NCBI GenBank assembly: GCA_040390065.1 | Contig: JAZJZE010000009.1 | Location: 64,001-128,000, forward strand | DNA from: a bacterium | GTDB taxonomy: Archaea; Thermoplasmatota; E2; JACPAO01; JAHFTW01 | DNA length: 64,000 nucleotides | Direction of reading: 5' to 3' | Shown here: one piece after another, positions 51,110 to 60,059 of the stretch | How positions within the stretch are numbered: the stretch's first letter is position 1 | How the letters are laid out: the number at the start of each line of letters is the position of its first letter | Program-made: the position numbers and the translations under genes | Notes under the pieces: generated by a model | The model's database searches: none | Seen by the model: only the letters and a program-made list of their open reading frames with translations | What the model was told of the DNA's origin: nothing

Positions 51110-52201
51110 GTGTCGGAGGAGTTGGCCGAGATCATCCGAGAGGAGATCCGCGCTCGGGGGCCGATGCCGTTGTACCGTTGGATGTGGTTGTGTCTCTACC
51201 ATCCGCAACACGGCTACTACACGAAACCAAGACCGGACGGGCAGCGCATCACCGGGCCCGGGCGCGACGCGGACTTCGTGACGCCGCCGACGCTGCACCC
51301 ATTTTTCGGGGAGGCTATTGCCAAGGAATTGGCAGGCATGTGGCAGCAGGATGGGCGGCCAGCCGTGTTCCGGGTTCTGGAGTACGGCGGAGGTGAAGGG
51401 GGCCTCGCACGGGCGGCACTTGCATGGGCCGACCAAGCCGACCCTGGGTTTGCAGCAGCGGTTGCATGGCATCATGCTGAAATCTCGCCGTCACACCAGG
51501 CCGCAATCCTGCACGAAAAAGATTCCCGGGTGAAACTCCAGCCGACCCAGCTGTGGGGGGCACACCATCAACCCGCCGGGCTGCCGTGGCCATACGACGC
51601 CGTGCTCGCCTGCGAATATGTCGACGCCCTACCGGTCGATGTGCTTGAGGCGGTGGACAACGGGGCGTGGCGCCAGGTCGCCGTGGAATCCAATGCCTCC
51701 GGGTTTGCCGAGGTCTTGATCGAACCCAGGGGTCTGCCGTTGCCTGAGCGTGGAGCCCCCGGCGAGCGCCGCCTCGTCGAAAGTGAGGTTCAGTATTGGG
51801 TCGAAGACGCCGTGGAGCCCGGCCGGACTAGGCATATGCTGGTTGTCGATTACGGAGCTCGTGGGATGCCAGCCGACCTCCGGGGATTTCGGTCTCATGC
51901 TGCCGCATCGTTCCTCGACCGCCCCGGAGACACTGACATTACGCGGTCAGTGGACTTCGAGGCCCTTCGTTTCGAAGTGGAATGCAATCCGGAGCCAAAC
52001 GGGCTGGTGGAGACCTCCTTCGAAACCCTCGAATCCTTCCTCCTTCGCCACGGCGTCCTCGACGAGCTCAACGCCATCGACCGCTCCACGCCCGGAGGCG
52101 CCTCCTCCTACCTCCGCCTCCGCCAACTCCTCCTTCCCACTGGACTCGGCGCGGCGTTCAAAGTGCAACGGTTCGACCGCATCCCAGCGAAGCAGGACTA
52201 A
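51110..52201 (+). CDS. SAM-dependent methyltransferase, MidA/NDUFAF7 family
   Basis: GPMP..RWM..CLYHP.HGYY, G..ADFVTPP..HP.FGE, LEYGGGEG, EYVDALPV, DYG, PG.TDIT.SVDF and LL.P.GLG..FKV; GTG start inferred. Confidence 0.85.
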   Translation: MSEELAEIIREEIRARGPMPLYRWMWLCLYHPQHGYYTKPRPDGQRITGPGRDADFVTPPTLHPFFGEAIAKELAGMWQQDGRPAVFRVLEYGGGEGGLARAALAWADQADPGFAAAVAWHHAEISPSHQAAILHEKDSRVKLQPTQLWGAHHQPAGLPWPYDAVLACEYVDALPVDVLEAVDNGAWRQVAVESNASGFAEVLIEPRGLPLPERGAPGERRLVESEVQYWVEDAVEPGRTRHMLVVDYGARGMPADLRGFRSHAAASFLDRPGDTDITRSVDFEALRFEVECNPEPNGLVETSFETLESFLLRHGVLDELNAIDRSTPGGASSYLRLRQLLLPTGLGAAFKVQRFDRIPAKQD

Positions 52202-52644
52202 TCCTCGTCGCCGCCGAGCATCCCCTCGTCCAGCGGCATGAGATGACGCAGCGTGTAGCCTTCGGCTTGCACCATGTCAGACAATTTCTTGCGCAACTTG
52301 CCCAACTCCAAGCGCGTCTCGTACCGCTTCTCGAATGTCGGGACCTGCTGCTCCACGGCGCCACCTTCCGTGGCAGGCCCGACGAGGAAAGCCTGCTCCT
52401 TCTCGCGCAGGGCACCGCCCAGATCGAGGCCAGGGTGTTGCACGCGCTCCCACAACGTGTCCTCGAAATACAGCACGGCATCGCCCTCCTCTTCGTCCAA
52501 GTTCAGCCGGTAGCGCAGGTGACGCAATTCGCTGCCCGCATGACGCTCCGCGAGAGTGAGCTCGACGACCCAGTGACCGTCACCACCGTCGACGTCGGCA
52601 TGCAGTTGCCGACCGTACTGGCGGATGGCCTCGTCGAGACCCAC
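52198..52644 (-). CDS. Hypothetical acidic protein
   Basis: 148-aa ORF convergent with the methyltransferase; typical codon usage. Confidence 0.6.
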   Translation of the reverse strand: MGLDEAIRQYGRQLHADVDGGDGHWVVELTLAERHAGSELRHLRYRLNLDEEEGDAVLYFEDTLWERVQHPGLDLGGALREKEQAFLVGPATEGGAVEQQVPTFEKRYETRLELGKLRKKLSDMVQAEGYTLRHLMPLDEGMLGGDED

Positions 52645-52757
52645 GATGGCACTACGGGCCGTGCAGGTTCATGGACATTCCGTTTGCGCCCAAACAAGGA
52701 TTCTTGCCGGCGTACTCACCCCAACCCCAAAACGGCACGCCGCCGCGACGCGCCAAG

Positions 52758-52980
52758 TGCACAGTTCGGGATTTGGCGGCCCGGTGCCAAGCACCGGCCC
52801 GTAACCACGCGCCACGGCGCCAGGCAAACCCAAGCGGGCCCTAGCTCGCTTCGCTCGCAGTGCACCGTTCGGGATTTGGCGGCCCGGTGCCAAGCACCGG
52901 CCCGTAACCACGCGCCACGGCGCCAGGCAAACCCAAACGGGCCCTAGCTCGCTGCGCTCGCAGTGCACCGTTCGGGATTT
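52758..52980 (-). repeat. 103-bp tandem repeat (2 units plus the tRNA tail) containing the 3' 17 nt of tRNA-Gly
   Basis: TGCAC[A/C]GTTCGGGATTT at 52758, 52861 and 52964; the two units differ at 3 of 103 positions. Confidence 0.93.
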
Positions 52981-53034
52981 GAACCCGAGCTGACAGCTTG
53001 GAAGGCTGAAGTCATACCCCTAGACCAACGGTGC
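52964..53034 (-). tRNA. tRNA-Gly (TCC)
   Basis: 71 nt; acceptor stem GCACCGT/ACGGTGC, discriminator A, anticodon loop CT-TCC-AA, T arm CTCGGGTTCAAATCCCGA; CCA not encoded. Confidence 0.96.
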
Positions 53035-53223
53035 GGGCAAGGTCGCCGACACCGGCCCGGTCTTTGAGTGCATCGGCACGCAATGGCGGCGCGGACACGG
53101 TACTGAAGTTGGGGTTCCTTCAGGCAACTGAAGAGACCTCCAGAACCCTGCGCTGCACCGGCGGCCGTCCGATTTCGCCCATCCCCCGGCAGGCCTCATG
53201 CGGCGCAGCGTCATGGGTGGCGT

Positions 53224-53391
53224 ATGTCGAATCCGCCGTGGATGGTGACGCTCGTGGTGCCTGCGGAGTTGCGGGAGCGGCTCGAGGAAAGGAAGTTGCA
53301 CCGGCGCCAGCCGTTTCATGAGGTGATCCGGCTGGCTTTGGATGTGGCAGAGGAGAGGTTGCCGTCGCAGAGGCTGGACCCGCCGTTGTAG
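53224..53391 (+). CDS. Small ribbon-helix-helix-like protein (55 aa, below the ORF-track cutoff)
   Basis: MSNPPWMVTLVVPAELRERLEERKLHRRQPFHEVIRLALDVAEE: beta strand then two amphipathic helices; stop codon abuts the topA stop. Confidence 0.7.
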   Translation: MSNPPWMVTLVVPAELRERLEERKLHRRQPFHEVIRLALDVAEERLPSQRLDPPL

Positions 53392-53392
53392 G

Positions 53393-55852
53393 TTAGGCGG
53401 CCTTGGCGCCGCGCTTCTTGGCCGGTTTTGCCACGACCTCTTCGTCGGTGGCTTCGTCCTTCTTGCCTTTGCTCTTCTCGGTGCGGATGTTGGAGGGGCA
53501 TCCCATGTTGATGCAGATGTCCCATGGCTTGCGGCCTTTGGTGATGACGAGGACGCGGGGCGCGCTGCAGGTCGGGCAGACGACGCCGTCGTACTGGATG
53601 GCGCCGCGCTGGGGGAGCGGGTATGTCTGGGCGCCGCGTTCGTCGGCTTTGCAGTCGGCGTTGTCGCACTTGACGTAGCGTTTGAAGTTGCGGCTGCGTG
53701 TGACTTGCAGCGTGCCTTTCTTGCACGTTGGGCAGGTGCCCAGGGCCATCTTCTCGGCCTCGACGGCCGCTTGCCTTGTTGGGCATTCGCCGTTGACGCA
53801 GAATTCCTGCTTGCGGCCGCGGTCGTCGTGCAGCATGTAGGGGGCGCCGCAGGTTGCGCAGGGTTCGTCCCGGAACTCGATGCGGCCGCGGACGGGGAGG
53901 TTGTATGTGACGCGGCAGTCGGGGTAGCCTTTGCAGCCGATGAACTGGCCGCCGAAGCGGTTTTGGCGCACGATGAGTTGTTTGCCGCAACTCGGGCAAC
54001 TGCCGGCGTCGGCGTCTTCGTCGAGGGCGATGCGGACGGCGCTGCCGATTGCGTCCTTGTGTTCCAGGAGCGTGTCGATGACCCCATGCAGGAGTGTCCG
54101 TGAGTCTCCCAGCGTCTCGTCGAGGCTGCGCTTGCCGTCGGCGATCTGGTCCATCTCGTCTTCGAGTTGCTTGGTCATGTCGGCGCGCGTGATGCGGCCG
54201 GCGTGTTCTTCGAGGGCCGCCGTCACCGCGAAGCCGACGACCGTCGGCGCCACGGGGCTTTCCGTGATGTAGTTGCGGTCGATGAGTTTCTGGATCATGT
54301 CGTGGCGGGTGGCCTTCGTGCCGATGCCGAGTTCTTCCATTTTCGCGATGAGGCTGCCCTGGCCGAAGCGGCTTGGCGGCTGGGTCTCCTTGGCGTGGAC
54401 GCGGACGTCCGTGACGGGGAGGACCTGGCCCCCCTTGACGGCGGGAAGGGGCCGCTCGTCCGGGGCGGCGTATGGGTACACTTGGCGCCAGCCGGCAAAC
54501 AGCGTGACTTGGCCCGTCGTGCGTAGGGGCTCGCCGCCGGCGTCGAAGCGGATGGTCGTTTGTTGCACGCGTGCGTCGGGGCTGAGGGTTGCGAGGAAGC
54601 GGCGGGCGATGAGTTCCCATACCTTGCGGCCTTGCTCGTCGACCTTTGCGTCGGGTCCAGGGACGGCGGTCGGGTAGATGGGCGGGTGGTCCGTCGTCTC
54701 TTTTTTGCCGCGGGTCGGCGTCTCGCGCCGGTTCTTCGCGACCCATTTTGCGTCGGCTGCGGTCGGGCCGCGCTGTAGCATGGTGACGAGCTCGGCGAGG
54801 TCGAGTGTGGGTGGGTAGACGGTGTTCTCGGTGCGGTGGTAGGAGATGAAGCCGTCGAGGTACAGTCGCTGTGCGATGTCCATGGCGCGCTTGACGCCCA
54901 TGCCGAAGCGGCTCGAGCATTCGGCTTGGAACGTCGTCGTGCTAAACGGCGAGGGCGCGCGCGCAGTGCGCTCCTTGCCTTCCACGGAGAGGACCTTCGC
55001 CTTGCCGGCCTTGCGGATGGCGTCGCGCGCCTTGTCCGCCTCCTTGCCGTTCTGGAACTTGCCCTCGAGGGAGAAGCCCTTCTCCTCGTCGGAGTCCTCG
55101 GCCTTGGTGGTCTTGTAGCCGGATTTCTCGTGGTGCGCCAGGACGCAGACGGGTGCAGCGTCCAAGTCGGCCTCGACCTCCCAGTAACCTTGCGGCATGA
55201 AGGCGAGGCGCTCCTTCTCGCGGTCGACGACGAGTCCAAGGGTCGGCGTCTGGACGCGGCCCACGGACAGGAAGCCGCGGCCGCGGCGACCGCCGGCCAC
55301 GGAGAGGTAACGCGTCAAGGCGGCGCCCCATGCGAGGTCGATGATTTGCCGGGCCTCGCCGGCTTGGGCGAGCTTGTAGTCCACGTCCTGCAGGTGGGTA
55401 AAGGCGTCGCCGACCTCCTTGGCGGTGAAGCTGGAGTACTTGGCGCGACGGATCTCCTTGCCTTTGAGGGCGGTGCCGAGGGCCTCGAGCGCCTCGACGC
55501 CGATGAGTTCCCCTTCGCGGTCGTAGTCCGTCGCGACGATGATGCGGTCGGCCAGCTTGGCTGCGGCGACGAGGGATTTGACGATGGCTTCCTCGGTGAC
55601 GGCCTTCTCGACGGGGGCGTCGATGAGGGCGTGCAGCTTCGGCGGGTCGAGCGTCCAACGGCTGTGACCCTTCGCGAAGTCGAGTTCGACGATGTGTCCG
55701 CGCAAGCCGATGACCGTCGCGGGTCCGCCGCCCCATTCCATGTCGTAGGCGGGCACGCCGGCACCGCGGCGCTGTTTGGCCTTGCCGCCGGAGAGCGCCT
55801 TGGCAATCTGCTTGGCGGCATCGTTCTTCTCGCAGATAATGAGCGTCTTCAT
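53393..55852 (-). CDS. topA: DNA topoisomerase I (type IA) with C-terminal Zn ribbons
   Basis: IICEK, ATDYDREGELIG, SVGRVQTPTL, ISYHRTE (active Tyr), HPPIYPT, GIGTKATR, and several C4 Zn ribbons. Confidence 0.96.
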   Translation of the reverse strand: MKTLIICEKNDAAKQIAKALSGGKAKQRRGAGVPAYDMEWGGGPATVIGLRGHIVELDFAKGHSRWTLDPPKLHALIDAPVEKAVTEEAIVKSLVAAAKLADRIIVATDYDREGELIGVEALEALGTALKGKEIRRAKYSSFTAKEVGDAFTHLQDVDYKLAQAGEARQIIDLAWGAALTRYLSVAGGRRGRGFLSVGRVQTPTLGLVVDREKERLAFMPQGYWEVEADLDAAPVCVLAHHEKSGYKTTKAEDSDEEKGFSLEGKFQNGKEADKARDAIRKAGKAKVLSVEGKERTARAPSPFSTTTFQAECSSRFGMGVKRAMDIAQRLYLDGFISYHRTENTVYPPTLDLAELVTMLQRGPTAADAKWVAKNRRETPTRGKKETTDHPPIYPTAVPGPDAKVDEQGRKVWELIARRFLATLSPDARVQQTTIRFDAGGEPLRTTGQVTLFAGWRQVYPYAAPDERPLPAVKGGQVLPVTDVRVHAKETQPPSRFGQGSLIAKMEELGIGTKATRHDMIQKLIDRNYITESPVAPTVVGFAVTAALEEHAGRITRADMTKQLEDEMDQIADGKRSLDETLGDSRTLLHGVIDTLLEHKDAIGSAVRIALDEDADAGSCPSCGKQLIVRQNRFGGQFIGCKGYPDCRVTYNLPVRGRIEFRDEPCATCGAPYMLHDDRGRKQEFCVNGECPTRQAAVEAEKMALGTCPTCKKGTLQVTRSRNFKRYVKCDNADCKADERGAQTYPLPQRGAIQYDGVVCPTCSAPRVLVITKGRKPWDICINMGCPSNIRTEKSKGKKDEATDEEVVAKPAKKRGAKAA

Positions 55853-56073
55853 GGCCGATTCGCGGCAGCGACCGGCGATTCCGGGTGCCGCGGCGCGGCC
55901 GAGGCTGGGAGTCCTTGAAATGGCTTTGCCATGATGCATGAACGTGCCACCCCCTACGGGGGTGACGCCGGGACGGCGTCGGCGGCGCGCCTGCGGGCCG
56001 ACCCGCCGGCGGGCCGGCAGGGGGCTCGGCGAAGTCCCCAAATAGTCCCCGACTTTCGAAGGAGCGGTCGGTT

Positions 56074-56481
56074 ATGGACGAGGTGGACCGCCAGATTGTT
56101 GCGCTTCTACGGCAAAACGCGCGTGAATCGTTCACGCGGATTGCCGAACAGGTCGGGACGTCGGAGGGGACCGTGCGGGCCCGCGTGAAGCGCCTCACGG
56201 ACGATGGCACGATCCGCCAGTTTACCATCCGCACCGCTGGCTCGCACGTCAAGGCCCTGGTCGAAGTGAGCGTCACGGCCAACGTCCACTCGAACGAGAT
56301 CGCGAAGAAGATCCGCACCTGGCCTGGCGTCGACGCCGTCTGGGAAGTGACGGGCGACAACGACATCATGGTCGTCGCCGACTGCCCCAGCACGGAGGAC
56401 TTGAACGGCATCATCGACAAGATCCGCGACGTGCCGGGGACGCAGGCGACGCGCAGCCGGCTCATCCTCAAGGAGCATTGA
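56074..56481 (+). CDS. Lrp/AsnC family transcriptional regulator
   Basis: MDEVDRQIV.LL..NARESF..IA..VG.SEGTVRARVKRL and WEVTGDNDI. Confidence 0.93.
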   Translation: MDEVDRQIVALLRQNARESFTRIAEQVGTSEGTVRARVKRLTDDGTIRQFTIRTAGSHVKALVEVSVTANVHSNEIAKKIRTWPGVDAVWEVTGDNDIMVVADCPSTEDLNGIIDKIRDVPGTQATRSRLILKEH

Positions 56482-56622
56482 GCACGCCGCACAACGACTT
56501 GCCGCACCTTCGCGAACTCTCCTGCTGCAAGTCGGAACCCGAGTGCCCGCTCTGTCCGCTCCTACCGCAGAATGCTCACCGCAGCCTCAAGGAATTGGCG
56601 GAGGCCGGGCTGTACGCGAACC

Positions 56623-57237
56623 TCAAGGGGCGACGCGCGGAATGATTGCGAACCCACGCGGCCCCAGGCCGGCGAGAAATCCCGTCAGGTGGTAGACGAA
56701 GATGAACGGACCCGTGAAGCCGCCAAGGCCGGCGGCGGCCTCGAACACGACGACCGTCGCCCCCAAGCCGAGCGCAAGAAGCGGCGAAGCGATGCCGGCC
56801 ACGGCCATGCCCGCCGTTGCGTAGGCGACGACGCTGAAGCCGACGAGCGGGATGGTCATCGCCTGCACGGCGTACGGCAAGCCGGCCGCCGCAAGCGGGC
56901 GAACGACGGCAAGGTGCAGGAGCAGGACTCCGAACAGGCTGACGGCGTAGGCGCTGGCCAGCGTCGCCCAGAGGCTTTGGCCGCGGATGGCAAACGGGAA
57001 GGCGAGCGAGAAGAGCGCCACATTGAAGGCCAAGTGGATCGGCGTCGTGTGGAAGAAGCCCGCCACGACGTGGTTCCACCACCGGCTCAGGGTCGTTTCC
57101 GGCGTGATGGCGACCGCGTTCAACGTCGTGCTCCGGATGGTGAACGTGCCGCCGCTTGCAAACACGTGGACGACGACTAGGAGGCAAACGACGCCGAGCC
57201 ATACGGCAAGGCCGCGGCCGTTCGGGTACAAGTCCAC
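56623..57237 (-). CDS. Rhomboid-like intramembrane serine protease
   Basis: FFH...HLAFN, VGFS (putative catalytic Ser) and YHLTGFLAG (putative catalytic His); start uncertain. Confidence 0.65.
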   Translation of the reverse strand: MDLYPNGRGLAVWLGVVCLLVVVHVFASGGTFTIRSTTLNAVAITPETTLSRWWNHVVAGFFHTTPIHLAFNVALFSLAFPFAIRGQSLWATLASAYAVSLFGVLLLHLAVVRPLAAAGLPYAVQAMTIPLVGFSVVAYATAGMAVAGIASPLLALGLGATVVVFEAAAGLGGFTGPFIFVYHLTGFLAGLGPRGFAIIPRVAP

Positions 57238-57284
57238 GTCCGCCCCGATGCCTCGTCGCTGGATGAGGCCGTCGTCCGCGCACG

Positions 57285-57938
57285 CTAGCGCGTCGCCTGC
57301 CAGGCATTGATGCCGTCGAAGACGTACTGCACCGCGAAGGCGACCGTCAGCAGGCCCATGATGCGCGTGATGACGCGGCGGCCGTTCTCGCCGATGACGT
57401 GGCTGGCGCGGCTTGCCGCAAGAAGGATGAGAAGCGATGCGAGCATCGTGACGGCGATGGCCAGGCCGAGGACCCAACCGTTGAAGCGCGCGTCCGTGCC
57501 CTGGACGATGACCAACGTAATAGCGCCAGGACCCGCAAGCATGGGCAAGCCGAGCGGGACGAGGCTGGGGTCATGGGCCACGGGCCGGCCCGTTGGGTGC
57601 GCGCCTCCGGTGGCGACTTGCAGTTCGGCTTGGCCAAGCTTGTCCTGCGGGACCTCCTCGCCTTCCTTCAGCATGTTCAGGCCGATGAGTGTGAGCAGGA
57701 TGCCGCCGGCCACGCGCAGGCTGTAGAGTTCGATGCCGAGGTAGCGCAGGATGGCTTGGCCTGCCACGGCGAAGCACGCGAGAACCGCGCCGGCGAAGAA
57801 CGTGGCCCGAACGGCGACGCGGTCGCGGCCTTCGGCGTCGTGGCGCGTCGTCAAGCCCAGAAAGAGTCCGATGGAGGCGAGCGGGTCGACGACCACGAAG
57901 AGCGGCACGAAGGCGAGCAGGAAGCCGCTTGCATCCAC
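57285..57938 (-). CDS. MarC family membrane protein
   Basis: LFVVVDP, FGI-like YLGI...LRVAGGILL, VPLGLPMLAGPGAIT and RIMGLL. Confidence 0.92.
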   Translation of the reverse strand: MDASGFLLAFVPLFVVVDPLASIGLFLGLTTRHDAEGRDRVAVRATFFAGAVLACFAVAGQAILRYLGIELYSLRVAGGILLTLIGLNMLKEGEEVPQDKLGQAELQVATGGAHPTGRPVAHDPSLVPLGLPMLAGPGAITLVIVQGTDARFNGWVLGLAIAVTMLASLLILLAASRASHVIGENGRRVITRIMGLLTVAFAVQYVFDGINAWQATR

Positions 57939-58053
57939 GGCCCTCGCACTGGCCGCGCATACATGAGCGTGCGGCCGGCAACGCCGCGCACATCGCGTGA
58001 AGACAGCGGCGACCGGCAGGGCTATGCGGCATCGCCGAGGTCCGCGCCCTGCC

Positions 58054-59400
58054 ATGGCCGTCACGGGGAAGGAGACGAAGCCGAACGTGCGCACGCCGAT
58101 GCCGGGCCCCAAGACGCGGGCCATCGTGGCGCGCGACGCCAAGTTCCTTGTCACGACGACGAAGACGGCGCCGGTCGCCGCCACGCAGGGCCGCGGCGTC
58201 GTCGTGGAGGACGCGGACGGCAACGTGCTACTGGACTTTGCCGCGGGCATCGGGGTGCTCAACACGGGTCACTGTCACCCGCGCGTGGTCAAGGCGGTGC
58301 AGGAGCAGGCCGCGAAGCTCATGCACTTTGCCGGGACCGATTACTACTACGACATCCAGACGCGGTTGGCTGAGCGCATCGGGCAGAAGCTGCCCATCGC
58401 GGGGCCCACGAAACTGTTCTACTGCCAGTCCGGCACGGAGGCCAACGAGGCCGCCATCAAGGTGGCAAAGCACCACTCGGGCCGCCCCCTGTTCCTCGCC
58501 TTCCTCGGCGCCTTCCACGGCCGCACGCAGGGCTCCCTGTCGCTCACGGCGTCGAAGATCCGGCAGAAGGAGGGCTTCTTCCCGACCATGCCGGGCGTCT
58601 TCCACACGCCCTTCCCCAACCCGTACCGGAACATGTGGCACATCGACGGTTACGACGAGCCCGAGGAACTTGCGAACCGCGCCATCGAGGCCATCGAGGT
58701 GCTGTTCGAGACGCTCATGCCGCCGCATGACACCGCCGCCTGTTTCTGGGAACCGGTGCAAGGCGAGGGCGGATACGTGGTCCCGCCGCCCATGTTCCCG
58801 AAGATGCTGCGCAAGCTCTGCGACGAACACGGCATCCTGCTTGCCGCCGACGAGGTACAGACGGGCTTTGGCCGCACGGGCAAATGGTTCGCGGCGGAGC
58901 ACTTCGGCGTCAAGGCCGACATCGTCTCCATCGCCAAGGCCATGGGATCGGGCTTCCCCATCGGCGGCTGCGCCATCCGCGCGGACCTGGATTTCCGTCA
59001 GAAGGGCAAGCACTCCAACACGTACGGCGGCAACCTCGTCGGCTGCGCGGCCGGGCTTGCGACCTTGGACGTGCTCGAGGACGAGGGGCTGGTGGCGAAC
59101 TCGGCGAAGATGGGCAAGCGCATGGCCAGGCGCTTGGACGAACTCAAGGCCAAACATTCGGGGATTGGCGACCACCGCGGCCTTGGCCTCATGCGTGCCC
59201 TGGAGTTCGTCGACGGCAAGGGCAAGCCGGATGCCGCCTTGCGCGACGCCGTCGAGGAAGCGTCATGGAAGCGCGGCGTCGTGCTGCTCGGCACGGGCAA
59301 GTCCAGCCTGCGCATCATCCCGGCCCTCAACGTCAACGCAGCGCAAGTCGACGCGGCGATGGATGTTCTTGGCGAGGCGCTGACTTCGGCGAAGGCGTAA
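58054..59400 (+). CDS. Class-III PLP aminotransferase (acetylornithine/4-aminobutyrate type)
   Basis: DADGN..LDF..GI, SGTEANE, GAFHGRT, EPVQGEGG, DEVQTGFGRTG and SIAKAMGSG. Confidence 0.93.
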   Translation: MAVTGKETKPNVRTPMPGPKTRAIVARDAKFLVTTTKTAPVAATQGRGVVVEDADGNVLLDFAAGIGVLNTGHCHPRVVKAVQEQAAKLMHFAGTDYYYDIQTRLAERIGQKLPIAGPTKLFYCQSGTEANEAAIKVAKHHSGRPLFLAFLGAFHGRTQGSLSLTASKIRQKEGFFPTMPGVFHTPFPNPYRNMWHIDGYDEPEELANRAIEAIEVLFETLMPPHDTAACFWEPVQGEGGYVVPPPMFPKMLRKLCDEHGILLAADEVQTGFGRTGKWFAAEHFGVKADIVSIAKAMGSGFPIGGCAIRADLDFRQKGKHSNTYGGNLVGCAAGLATLDVLEDEGLVANSAKMGKRMARRLDELKAKHSGIGDHRGLGLMRALEFVDGKGKPDAALRDAVEEASWKRGVVLLGTGKSSLRIIPALNVNAAQVDAAMDVLGEALTSAKA

Positions 59401-59402
59401 GC

Positions 59403-60038
59403 CTACGGCGCCTTGGCGGCCTTGCTGCGTCCCGCTGCGACCGTCCACGCGCCCCAGCCCAACAGCATGACGGCGGATCCGGCGGCGGCGAGCGCCATGT
59501 CTTCCACGGAGTCGAAGGCGTCGCCCTGCTGGCCCAGGAACGCGTCTGCCGCGTTGGGGTCGACGACGACGGCCGTGGCCCATTCGAGGATCTCGTAGAG
59601 GGCGCTCGTGGCGACGATGAACTGCAGCGCAAGAACCCCGGCGCGCGGACCCGTGGCCCACTGCGCCCGGCGGAAGAGTTCCGCGGCCGGGTAGGTGAGC
59701 AGCAGGCCGTAGCCCGCGTGCACGAGGCGGTCGTAGACGTTGGCGTGCGCCCCCGCAGGCCCCCAGTAAAAGTGGGGCACGTGGTTGTACGTCCAGTGCG
59801 AGCCGAGCACGTGCATCGAGACGAAGACGAAGAGCAGCACGTACGACGTCGCCGAGAAGCGGAACCACCGGTACGTGACGACGAGGGCGGGCACGGTGAG
59901 GAACACGAGGATGTTCTCGAGGAACCAGTCAAAGCGGTAGAGTGGGCTGATTGCTGCCCACGTCCACAGCGCAAGGAACGCGGCAAGCAGGGCCGCGGGC
60001 ACGAGGTGACCTTCGGGCTGCCTCGTCCAACGACCCAC
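59403..60038 (-). CDS. DUF2238 (YjdF-like) membrane protein
   Basis: DWFLEN, MHVLGSHWTY, YDRLVH, SALYEILEW and FLGQQGD.FD...DM. Confidence 0.85.
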   Translation of the reverse strand: MGRWTRQPEGHLVPAALLAAFLALWTWAAISPLYRFDWFLENILVFLTVPALVVTYRWFRFSATSYVLLFVFVSMHVLGSHWTYNHVPHFYWGPAGAHANVYDRLVHAGYGLLLTYPAAELFRRAQWATGPRAGVLALQFIVATSALYEILEWATAVVVDPNAADAFLGQQGDAFDSVEDMALAAAGSAVMLLGWGAWTVAAGRSKAAKAP

Positions 60039-60059
60039 GCAGCGCGAGTCGCCGTGAGG

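Noticed and set aside
52758-52980. CRISPR array
   Set aside because: The spacers are near-identical, the repeat is the tRNA 3' end, the 103-bp period is too long, and no cas genes are present.
53393-55852. Reverse gyrase, suggested by the YHRT active-site variant
   Set aside because: No N-terminal helicase domain; the architecture is an ordinary type IA topoisomerase with Zn ribbons.
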